DNA from: Urbifossiella sp.
GTDB taxonomy: Bacteria; Planctomycetota; Planctomycetia; Gemmatales; Gemmataceae
Direction of reading: 5' to 3'
Assembly (NCBI GenBank): GCA_044220735.1
Contig: JBGAQM010000002.1
Span: 1 to 44,733, forward strand
DNA: 44,733 nt
Position 1 is the stretch's first letter; the number at the start of each line of letters is the position of its first letter. Positions 31,101-43,100 of this stretch are shown here, one piece after another. A model generated the notes under the pieces. That model had not been told where the DNA came from. It did no database searches and saw only the letters and a program-made list of their open reading frames with translations. A program made the translations under genes and the position numbers.

Positions 31101-34100
31101 GTACGTCACCGACGTGCTGCCGTTCAACGCGAGCGCGGCGGCGATCCAGGCGGCGCTGGCCGCGCTGCCATCGGTCGGCACGGGGAACGTCGCGGTGACG
31201 GCGCTGTCCGCGACCGACTTCCTCCTCACCTTCCGGGCCGCGCTCGACCAGCGCGACGTGGCCCAGACGACGGCGATCAACACGCTCGCCGGGTCCGCCC
31301 CGACGGCCCTCCTGAGCACCGTCCTGGCCGGCGCCCCGACCGACGCGGTCGGGGCGATCAACCTCGCCCACGGCGCCGACCTCGACACCGGCGCCCTGTC
31401 GCTGGTGCTCGGCGGCAACCTGACGGTGTACGGCCACGCGGGGGCGAACGGGTCGGCCACGGTCCTCGGAAGTCTCGACCTCGTCAACACCGGGCGGACG
31501 ATCGTGGTGAACGACGGCGCCGCGGCGGCCGACCTGAGCCTGACGGCGTCGCTAACCGGGCAGGCCGGCGCGGCGGTGACGCTGTCCGGCCCCGGCACCA
31601 CCGACTACGCGGGCGCCGCCCGGCACCTGTACGCCGGCCCCACGACCCTGAACGAGGGGACGCTCGTCCTGAACAAGACGACCGGCCCGGCGATTCTCGG
31701 CACGCTGACGGTCGGCGACGGCGTCGGCGGCCCGGCCGCGGACGTGGTTCGGTACGGGGCTGCGGGCGGGGCGAACCAGATCGCCGACCCGGTCGGCGTG
31801 GTGGTGAACGCCTCGGGCCTCCTCGACCTGGCGAACAGGTCGGACGCGTTCGGCGCCGCCCCGTTGCCGACCAGCACGACCGGCCCCACGTTCGGGCTGT
31901 CGCTCCAGGTCGCGCCGGGGTTCAGCGCCGCCGTCGCCACCGGGACGGGCACCCTCACGCTCCTCGGCAGCGTGAACGTGACGCAGTCGAACGCCCCCCT
32001 CACGACCGCGGTGACGCCGTCCGCGACGATCAGCGGCAGCCTCAACTTCGCCGGCGGCGTCCGCGCCATCAACGTCGCCGACGGGGCGGCCGCCAACGAC
32101 CTCGTCGTGTCCGCAACGATCGTGGACGGCACGAGCGCCGGGCTCGTCGAGGCCCGGCTCACGACCAGCCAGTTCGACGAGACGACGCCGAACCCGGGCG
32201 GCCAGAATCAGCTCTACCCGCGGATGGGCGAGACGAGCGCGAAGCCGCCGTGGGGCGACAACGAGACGTGGGTCTACACCGGCCAGTACTTCGACGCCGA
32301 CGGCCAGTTCGCGTTCGCCGAGAACATCGACGACAACGTGTTGATCATCATCGACGGCGTCGTGCGGTTGCGGAACACGGGTAGTACGCCGTCGTCGGCG
32401 TTCAACACCGCCACCACGACGGGAAGCACCGTCGGCGGGAACTCCACGACGACCGGAACAGTGGCCGGCGCCAACACGTTCGGCGGCACCACGAACTTCG
32501 GCATGGGGCCGGCCGGCGACGGCTGGCACAACATCGAAATCCGCCTGGGGAACGGCGGCGGCGGGGCGGGGCCCGTCGCCAGCACGGCCGGGTCGGGCGC
32601 TCCGAACTGGACGGCGGCGTTCGGCCTCGGCCTCCGCGACTCGACCACGAACCTCACCAGCGTGGACGCCTTCGACTACCTCATCCCCACCGACCCGGGC
32701 GACGGCTCGCGCTTCCGGTCCGTGCGGGGCGGCATCGTCGCCGGCGGCACCGGTCGGGTCGTGTTGGCGGGCGCCACCACCCTCACGGGCGGCGTGTCGG
32801 TCACGGCCGGCGAGCTGATGATTACCGCGGCCACGTCGTTCGGCGGGACCACCGCCGTGTCGGCGAACGCCGCCCTTACGCTCGCCGGCGCCGGGACGCT
32901 CGCCGGCACCACCGGCCTGACCGTCGGCTCAAACGCCCGGCTGACGCTCGACAACAGCACGACGAACCTCCCCGACCGCCTCCCGGACGCCGCCCCGCTG
33001 ACGATCAGCGGCGGCACCCTGTCGTTCGTCGGCAACGCGGCCGGATCGACGGAGTCGGTCGGCGCCGTCACCCTCGGGGGCAACACCACCTCGACCGTGC
33101 GTTCCAGCACGTCCGGCGGCACCAACGTGCTGACGCTCGGCGGGCTCACCCGCGGCGCCGGCGCGTTCGTCAACTTCGTCGGCGGGACCACCGACCTGGG
33201 GCCGGCCGAGAATCAAGTGAAGGCGACCGGTGTGACGAACAATGCCGTCATCCCCTACGCCGAGGTCGTCGGGGGGAACGGCGCCCAGCTCGCGGCCTAC
33301 AGCACGGCCGTGGGCGTCCGCGGCGTGCCGCCCGCGACGCAGCCGACCGTCTACAAGACCAGCTTCGCCGAGGTCACCAGCCCGACCGACGTCGTGCGGC
33401 TGACGAGGAGCGAAGCAATCTCCGGGGCCGTGACGGTGGCCGGGCTCGAAATCGCCGGCGACGGCGTGTCGATCACCGGGGCCGGGTCGCTGACCGTGTC
33501 CAGCGGGACCGTCACGGTGACGGGCGGGAACCCGATCGCGGCCACGATCGCGGTGCCGCTGACGCTGGGCGCCGCCTCCGGCGCCGACGACGTGGTCCAG
33601 ATCGACGCCGGCGCCACCCTGACCGTGACCGGCACGCTCACCACCACCGCCGGCGCGACACTCCGCAAGCGCGGCGGCGGCACCCTGACGCTGCCCGGCG
33701 CGAACGCCGTGGCTTCCGCCGTGGTGGTGGAGGAGGGGGTGATCCGTGTCGGGGCGTCGAACTCGCTGGCGACCGCGGCGACCACGGTGTCGGCCGGGGC
33801 GGCCCTCGAGTTCACCGCCGACCTGGGCTCGTTCGTCGCCCCGCTCACCGTCAACGGCCTCGGGCCGAACCTCACCGGCGCCCTCCGCTTCGCGCCGGGC
33901 GTCACGAGCGTCCAGCTCGGGCCGACCGGCAACACGAACGGCGGCACCGTCCTCACGCTCGGCTCGACGACGGCGTTCGCCGTCCCGGCCGGCGGTACGC
34001 TCACCGTCAACGGCGTGGCGACGGCCGGGGCCGCGCAGACGGCCACGAAGTACGGCACCGGCACGCTCGTGCTCACCGGCAACGGCGCCAACAGCGGGAA

Positions 34101-37100
34101 CTTCAACCTCGTGGTCGCCGAGGGGCAGGTGAACCTGGCGAAGACGGCCGCCGTGGCCGTGGCCGGCACCCTGACGGTCGGCGACGACGCGGGCGGGGAC
34201 GACGCCGATCGGGCGACCGTCACCGGCGCCGCGGGTCAGTCGGCGACCCTGGTCGTGACCAGTTCCGGCCGGTTCGACCTGAACGGCATCAACTTCACCG
34301 CCAACGCGGTGACGCTGTCCGTCGGCCCGGCCGCGAGCGGCGACGTGGTGAACACGTCGGCCACGGCGGCGACGCTGACCCTCAACGGGAACGTCACGCA
34401 GAACCTGGCTGCGAACGCGAGCTTCGGCAACGCCCTCGGCGCCGCCCCGCCGGCTCGCATCGGCGCCGACGGGTCCACGAACTTGACCCTCAGCCTGAAC
34501 AACGCCGCCCGCACGTTCACCGTCACCGACCGCACGTCGTTCACCGCCCTGAGCAGCACGTCGGCGCTGGCCCAGCCCGGGAGCGACGACCTGCGGGTGA
34601 ACGCGGCGATCACCGACGGCGGCACCGGCGGCACGCTGACCGCCTCCGGGTCCGGCCGGCTCGCGCTCGCCGCGGCCAACACGCTCACCAGCACCGGCAC
34701 GGTCGTGACCGTCAACGCCAACACGATCCTGACGGTGCGGACCGCCGCCGGCTTCGGCACGACCGCCGGCGGCACCGTGCTGGTGAGTAGCGGCGGCACG
34801 CTGGAACTCGACTCGGCCGCCGCGCTGAACGTGAACAAGGCGCTCACCCTGCAGGGCGGCGGGGCGACGGAGTCGGTGGCCGGCGGGCTCGTCACCCGCG
34901 CCCTCGGCGCCCTCCGGGTACTCCAGGGCGACCACACCTGGGCCGGGCAGGTGACGCAGTCCACGGCCGGGGTCGGCATCGAGATGCCGAACGCGGCCAC
35001 GACGCTGACGTTCACCGGCGGGTACAACCTGGGCGGCCAGAACCTCACGTTCACCGGCCCCGGCACGCTCGACTTCCAGTCGGCGGTAACCGGCACCGGC
35101 TCGGGCGTCCCGGCGGTCAACATTCAGGACGGCACGTTCCGCCTCAGCGGCGCCGCCGGCGCCATGACCGGGCTCGGCGCGACGAACGGCGTGCGCGTGC
35201 AGTTCTCGGGGACCTTCCACGTCCGCGACACCGGCGCCGCGCTCGCGGACCGCGTCGGCAACACCACGCCGATCGAGCTGACCGGCGGCCGGCTGCTGTA
35301 CGAGGGGAACGCCGCCGGCAGCACCGAGACGTTCGGCACCGTCACCGTCGTGGCCGGCACCGCAAACGTGATCGAGACGCAGACGTCCGGCGGCACCAAC
35401 ACCCTCACGTTCGGCAACCTGGTGACCAACACGGGCTCGGCCGTGCGCTTCGTCGGCACCGGCACCGCGCTCGGGTCGGGCAACCAGCTGCTGTTCACGA
35501 CGAGCCCGACGCTCACGAACGGCGTCATCAACCGCGGCACGGCCCTGTCGGGCGGGCAACTCGACCTTGCCACCGTGACCGGGGCAGGGCCGTTCCGCGT
35601 CGAGGCGCTGCCGGCCGGCAGTTACTACACGGGCGCGCTGTCGGCCGCGCCGGCGAACGCGAACGTGCTGATCACCGCCAGCGACAGCAGCGGCGCCCCG
35701 GCGGCGGCGGTGAACGCCGTGCTCGTCCGCGGGTCCGGCATCGCCGTGACGGGTGCGGGCACGCTGACGACCGCCGTGCTGGCCGCGGCCGGCGGCGCGA
35801 ACTCGCTCTCCGGTATGGGCCTCACCAACGCCGGCGAGACGGTCGTGACCGTCGCCGCCGGGGCGACCCTCGACGTCGGCAGCACGATTTCGGGGGCGCT
35901 CGCCCTGACGAAGGCCGGCCCGGGCAACCTGCGGCTGAGCGGGCCGAGCGCCAACACCTACTCCGGCGCCACCGTCGTCGGGGAGGGGCCGCTGACCGTG
36001 GCGAAGGCCGGCGGGCTCTCGTCCAGCGCGACCGCGACGAACCCCGGCGGCGTGTCCGGCGGGCGGATCGTCGTGGACGGCGGCGGCACCGGGATCAGCG
36101 TCGGCAACGCGAACCTCACGCTCGGCGGCTTCTTCGGCATGGGCGGCGGGGCCATCCCGCTCCAGAGTATCAACGGCGCCAACACCTGGGGCACCGGCGC
36201 CACCACGATCGCGCTGAACAACTCGCAGGTCGGGATTACGGTGGACGCCGGCGGCACACTGACCCTGGCGGCGACGGTGACGACCGCGGGCAACGGCATC
36301 GTGAAGACCGGAGCCGGTACGCTGGTTCTCGCCGGCACCGGCGCGAACTCCTACGGCGGCAATACGATTGTCGCCGACGGCGCCCTGCGGCTGGCGAAGA
36401 CGGCCAACGTGGCCGCGATCCCCGGGGCGACGCTGGTCGTCAACCCGGGCCTCTCCGTCAGCGTCGTGACTCCGTTCGACGGCCAACTCGCCGGCGGCGC
36501 CAACGTCCGCCTGCTGGACGGGGCGACGCTCGCGCTCAACGGTACGTCCGGGACCGCGAACGAACTCACGCTCGTCGGCACCACCCTCGACACCGGGGGC
36601 GGCCTGCTCACCGTCAACAGCAACGTCCTCGTCGGCGAGAGCGCCACCGCGTCCGTCCTCGCCGGGGCCGTGTCGCTCAACAACAGTGCCCACAACTTCG
36701 TCGTCCCGGACGGCACCGCGGGGGCCGACCTGGTCGTGTCAGCGGCGCTGGTCGGCGGCGGGGCCACCACGGGGCTCGTCACGAAGCTCGGCACCGGGCA
36801 GATGGTTCTATCCACCGTCAACACCTACGCCGGCAGCACGGTCGTCGCCGCCGGGGTGCTCGAGATCCGCAACGCGTTCGCGCTCGGCACCTCGGACGGC
36901 ACCGCGGCGAACGGCACCGTCGTGAACGCCGGGGCGACGCTGCGGCTGAACGCGGCCGGCGGCCCGGACGTCGCCGTCGGGAACGAAGTGCTGACGCTGA
37001 ACGCGGCGGCATTCGGCTCCGGGGCGGTCGCTGGTGGGACGCTCGTGGCGCTCGACAACGCCGCGGGCAACAACGCCTGGAACGGGCCGATCGTCCTTGC

Positions 37101-40100
37101 CAGCGCCGCGACGGCCGGCCCGGCGGGGCTGGCGGTGAACGTGGCGGCCGGCACGAGCCTGGGCCTGGGCGGCACGATCAGCCAGACCGGAACGGCCGCG
37201 CTCGGGCTGACGCTCCTCGGCGCGGGTTCGACCGAGCTCCGCGGCACCACCGCGAACACCTACACCGGTACGACGACGATCGCCGCCGGCACGCTGACGC
37301 TGAACCAGTCCGCCGGCGTTGTCGCCGTGCCGGGGAACCTGGTGGTCGGGAACGCGGCCGCCGGCACGACGGCGACCGTCCGCCTCCTCTCCGGCGATCA
37401 GATCGCGGATTCCGCGGTCGTGAGCGTACAGGCCGGCAGCACGCTGGACCTGAACGGCAACGCCGACACGATCGGCGGGCTGACGCTCCAGACCGGCACA
37501 ACTGCGGCGTCCGTGGTGACGGCCGGGTCGCTCACGCTGCTCGGGAACCTCGTCGTCGGCACGACCGGCACCGGGGTGACCGGCGTGACGATTCCGGCGT
37601 CGATCACCTTCGGCACGTCGCCGCGTGAGATCGACGCGGCCGGGGCCTTGACGCTCGCAGGCCCGGTCGGCGGCCCGGCGTCGGCGGCGATCACCAAGCA
37701 AGGCGCGGGCGCCGTGACCCTCGCGGCCGGCGTGACCGAGACGTTCACCGGCCCGCTCCTCGTCAACCAGGGGACGCTGGTCGTGGACGCGACCACCGCG
37801 GCCGCGGCCGCCGTGTCTGTCGCCGCGGGGGCGACGCTGGCCGGCCGCGGGACCGTCGGCGGCCCGGTGACGGTACTCACCAGCACGCTCACCGCGCCGG
37901 CGACCGGCGGCACCCTGAATCCCGGAACCGCCGTCGCGGGGAGCACCGCCCGCCTGAGCACCGGCTCGCTGTCCCTCACCACGGCCGCCACGTTCCAGGC
38001 CGACCTGAGCGGTACAACGGCCGACAGCGGCTACGACCAGGTCCGCGTCGCCGGGGCCGTGAGCCTCGGCGGCTCGGTCCTCAGCATCGGCCTCGGGTTC
38101 ACGCCGCCCGCCGGCAGCGTCTACGTCATCATCGACAACGACGGGGCCGACGCCGTCACGGGCACGTTCGCCGGGCTCGCCAACGGCGCCACCGTCGCCG
38201 CCGGCGGCAGCACGTTCCGCATCTTCTACACCGGCGGCGACGGGAACGACGTGGTCCTCGTGGAGGCGACCGCGCCGACCACGGTGTACGTGGACGACGC
38301 CACGAACTTCAACATCGGCCACGCCCCGTCGCCGGGCGAGTTCATCCCGGACGGTGACCTCGGCACGGCCGGCGACCAGCCCGCGGTCTTCGAGGTCACC
38401 GCGTTCTCCACGATCAACGCCGGCGTCGCGGCGGTCGCGACCGCCGGGCTGGTGGTCGTCAACGCCGGCACCTACGGCGAGGCCGCGAACGTCAACAAGG
38501 CGGCGACCGTTCGGCTCACGACGGGGGCGGCCGTCACCGTCGATTCGCTCGACGCCGTCGCCGCCGCCACCATCGACCTCGGTGCGAACCTCCTGACCGT
38601 CGGCGACGCGACCGGCCCGCACACGATCGCCGGCACGGTCGTCGGCGCCGGCGGGTCGCTGAACAAGGTGGGCATCGGCTCGCTCGCGCTGTCCGGCGCG
38701 AACACCTACACCGGCGGCACGACCGTGTCGGCCGGCCGGCTGGCCGTGAACAACGCGAGCGGCTCGGGCGTCGGGAGCGGGGACGTCCTCGTCAGCGGCG
38801 GCACCCTGGCGGGCACCGGCGCGGTCTCCGGGAACGTGACCGTGAACAGCGGCGCGTTCCTGAGCCCGGGCGACCCGACGGGCACTCTGACCGTCGGCAA
38901 CGCCACTCTCGCCGCCGGCGCGACGTTCGTCACCAACCTGGCCGGCACCGCCGCCGGGCAGTTCGGCCAACTCGCCTCGGCCGGCACCATTGACCTGACC
39001 GCCGGGCCGGCGCTCCAGATCGTGCAGCTCTACTCGCCCGCCGACCTCGACAACTACGTCGTGCTTCACGCGCTCGGCACCGGCACCGTCACCGGCGCGT
39101 TCGCCGGCATCCCGCGGACGCTGTCGGTCGTGCCCGTGGTCACGCCGGCCTTCACGTTCAACTACGCATTCACGGCCGACGGCGACGCCCGCGCCAACGA
39201 CGGGCTGCTCGCCCGCGACACCGTGCCGGCGCTGGCCGCCCCGGCGAACCAGACGGTGAACGAGGGGGCGCTGACGACGGTCACCCTCGGCACCCTGACC
39301 GACACCGACGTCGGCGACTCGTGGACCGTGGACGTCAACTGGGGCGACGGCACGGCGCACACCGTGTTCACGACCAGCACGCCCGGGCTGCTCCAGGCCC
39401 AACACGAGTACGTCGAGGGGCCGAACGGGTACACCGTCACGGTCACCGTCACCGACTCGCTGGCGGCGTCGGCGACGACGAGCTTCGGCGTCACGGTCGA
39501 TAACGTGGCCCCGTTCTCGCTCGCCTCGGTCGTCGACACGCAGGACGTGAACGAGGGGAGCGCCCTGACGCTGTCCGGCTCGTTCGCCGAACCCGGCGTC
39601 CTGGACCCGGTCACGGTCACGGTCGGCTGGGGGGCCGGCGAGACGACCAGTACGTTCGCCGTCGGCCTGTTGAGCACCCGCGCCGCCGGCCAGACGGTCG
39701 CGTCGAGCACCGACGGGGCCACGCTCACGATCCTCTCCGTGGCGCCGGACAACAAGAGTTTCGGGTACACCGTCACCCACCTGTACCGCGACGACAACCC
39801 GTCCGGCACCGCGACCGACCCCTACGCCGTCACCGTGTTCGCGGCCGACGACGACGCGGGCGGGACGGGGTCGTCCACGGTCCACGGCATCTTCGTCCAA
39901 AACGTCGCCCCCGTGCTCGGCGGCGTGGCCGTGACCGCGCCGTCGATCAGCGAGGGCGGGACCGCCACCGTCGTCGGCACGCTGTCGGACGTGGGCGTCC
40001 TCGACACGCAGACGCTGACCGTGGCGTGGGGCGGCGGCGAGACGACGTCCACGTTCGCTGTCGGGGCGCCGGCTTCGCTCGCGGTCGGGCAGACGATCCC

Positions 40101-43100
40101 GTCGAGCACCGACGGCGCGACGCTGACGATCACGGCGGTGTCGGCCACCGGCTTCAGCTTCTCGGCGTCCCACGTCTACGTCGACGACCCGGCCGGCCTG
40201 CCCGACACGTTCGCCGTCACCGTCACGGCCCGGGACGACGACACCGGCACGACCTCGGCCGCGACCAGCGTGACGGTCGGCAACGTGGCCCCGGTCGTCT
40301 CCGCCGTGAGCTTCGACCGCACGACCGTCACCGAGGGCGGGTCGGTCACCGTCAGCGGCACCGTGTCCGACGTGGGGGCGCCCGACGCCCTGACCGTCAC
40401 GGTGGCCTGGGGCACCGGCGAAGGGACGAGCACCCCGGCGCTGGTTCCCACCGGCACGCCCGGGGTGTACACGTTCTCCGCGACGCACACCTACGCCGAC
40501 GACGCGCTCACCCCGAACCCGACCGACGACTACACGGTCACGGTGACGGCCGACGACGACGACGGCGGCACGTCGAACGTCGTGACCCAGACCGTCACGG
40601 TGGTGAACGCCAACCCCGTGCTGAGCCTCGTGACCCTCTCGCCGGGGTCGATCAACGAGGCCGGCAACGTCACGCTCACCGGCACCGTATCCGACGTGGG
40701 CGTGCCCGACGTGCTTGCCGTGACCGTGGTCTGGGGCGCCGGCGAGGGGACGACCGTCCTCAGCGGCGCCGCCCTCACCATGACCGGGCCGGGCACGTAC
40801 ACGTTCAGCACGACCCACCAGTACACCCACCCGCCGACCCCCGGCAGCCCGTCGGGCTCCTTCACGGTGTCCGTCACCGCGGCGGACGACGACGGCGGCA
40901 GCGCCGGCCCGGTCGACCGGACCGTGACGGTGAACAACGTCGCCCCGGTGGTCAACGGCTTCACGGTGAACGGGTCGGCCGCCCCGGCCATCACCGAAGG
41001 GCAGACCGTTACGCTGAATGGCACCTTCGCCGACCCCGGCCTCGCGGCCGGCACCGGCCAGTTCGTCGCCGTCGTGACCTGGGGCGACGGCACGACCTCG
41101 AACGCGACGGTCGGGAGCGGAACCTTCACCGCCACGCACACCTACCGCGACGACAACCCGTCCAACACCGCGAGCGACCCCTACGGGGTGTCCGTGACGG
41201 TCACCGACGGGTACGCCGGCAGCGGCAGTCTCGGCGGCGTCACGGTGACGGTCGTGAACGTCGCCCCGACGGTCGGCGGGTTCACCGTCAACGGCAGTTC
41301 GTCCTCGACGACCGTCGGCGAGGGGCAGGTGGTGAACCTGGCCGGCACGTTCTCCGACCCCGCGCTCGGCGTCGTCACCGAGTCGTTCACCGCGGTCGTG
41401 ACCTGGGGCGACGGCACCACGTCGAACGCCGTCGTGACCGGCGGCGCGTTCGCAACCAGCCACGCGTACGCCATCCAGAACGGGGTCGGGTACGCCGTCA
41501 CCGTCACCGTCGCCGACGACGACGGCGGCACGCTCGCCCTCGGCGGGCGGACCGTGGTGGTCACCAACACCCCGCCGACGGTCGTGGCGTTCACCGTGAA
41601 CGGCGTCAACGACGCGACGTCCGACGAGGGCCAACTCGTCACCCTCGCCGGCACCTTCAACGACGCCGTGCTCGCGTTCGGGACCGAGACCTACACCGCG
41701 ACCGTGTCGTGGGGCGACGGCACCACCACGACCGCGCCGGTCGCCGGCGGCACGTTCGCGTTCACCCACACCTACCTGGACGACAACGGGTTCGGGACGG
41801 GCAGCGACACCCTGCCCGTGTCCGTATCGATCACCGACAGCGACGGCGGCACCGGCAACCTCGGCGGCCGCACCGTCACGGTGACCAACGTCGCCCCGAC
41901 GGTGACCGGGTTCACCGTCAACGGCGGCACGGCCGCGACGATCGCCGAGGGCGGGTCCGTGACCGTGAGCGGCACGTTCGCCGACCCGGCGTTCGGCGTC
42001 GTGACCGAGTCGTTCACCGCGACCGTAACCTGGGGCGACGGCAGCACCACCCCGGCGACGGTGAGCGGCAACACGTTCACCGCCACCCACACGTACGCCG
42101 GCAGCAGCCCCGTCGGCGGGTTCGCCGTGTCCGCGACCGTCCGCGACGACGACGGCGGCGCCGGCACCCTCGGCGGCCGCACGGTGACGGTGAACAACAC
42201 CGCGCCGACCGTGACCGGCTTCACCGTGAACGGCGGCGGCACCGCGACGATCAACGAGGGCCAGTCGGTCAACCTGGCCGGCACATTCACCGACCTGTCG
42301 CTCGGGCTCCCAGGCGAGACGTTCACCGCCCTCGTGACCTGGGGCGACGGCACGACGTCGAGTGCGCTCGTGACCGGCGGCACCTTCGCCGCGAGCCACA
42401 CCTACGCCGACGACAGCCCGGTCGGCGGCTACCCGGTGTCGGTCGCCGTGTCCGACGACGACGGCGGCACCGGCTCGCTCGGCGGCCGCAGCGTGACGGT
42501 GAACAACCTCGCGCCGGCCGTCACCACCTTCACCGTGAACGGCGGCACCACGACGACGATCGCCGAGGGTCAGTCGGTCAGCCTCGCCGGCACGTTCGCC
42601 GACGCGGCGCTCGGGGTCCCGACCGAGACCTTCGCCGCGGTCGTGGCCTGGGGCGACGGCACCACGTCGAACGCGGTCGTCAGCGGCAACGGCTTCACCG
42701 CCTCGCACGTCTACGGCGACGACAGCCCGGTCGGCGGGTACGCCGTGTCCGTGACCGTCACGGACGACAACGGCGGGAGCGGCAGCCTCGGCGGCCGCAC
42801 GGTGTCGGTGACCAACACCGCGCCGACGGTGACCGGCTTCACCGTGAACGGCGGCACCACGGCCAGCCTCACCGAGGGGCAGACGGTCAGCCTCGCCGGC
42901 ACGTTCGCCGACGCGGCGCTGGGCGTTCTGACCGAGACGTTCACCGCGGTCGTGGCCTGGGGCGACGGCAGCACGTCGAACGCCACTGTCTCGCCCGGCG
43001 GCAACTTCACCGCGTCGCACGTCTACGCGGGGAACAGCCCGGTCGGCGGCTACCCGGTGTCTGTGAGCGTCACCGACGACAACGGCGGTACCGGCTCGCT

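Noticed and set aside
21427-31437. 3,336-aa minus-strand ORF (also 15381-19130, 32929-36693 and 36808-44571)
   Set aside because: Antisense shadows of the giant plus-strand gene. They are R/G/A/H-rich with no motifs, as expected opposite a GC3-biased gene.
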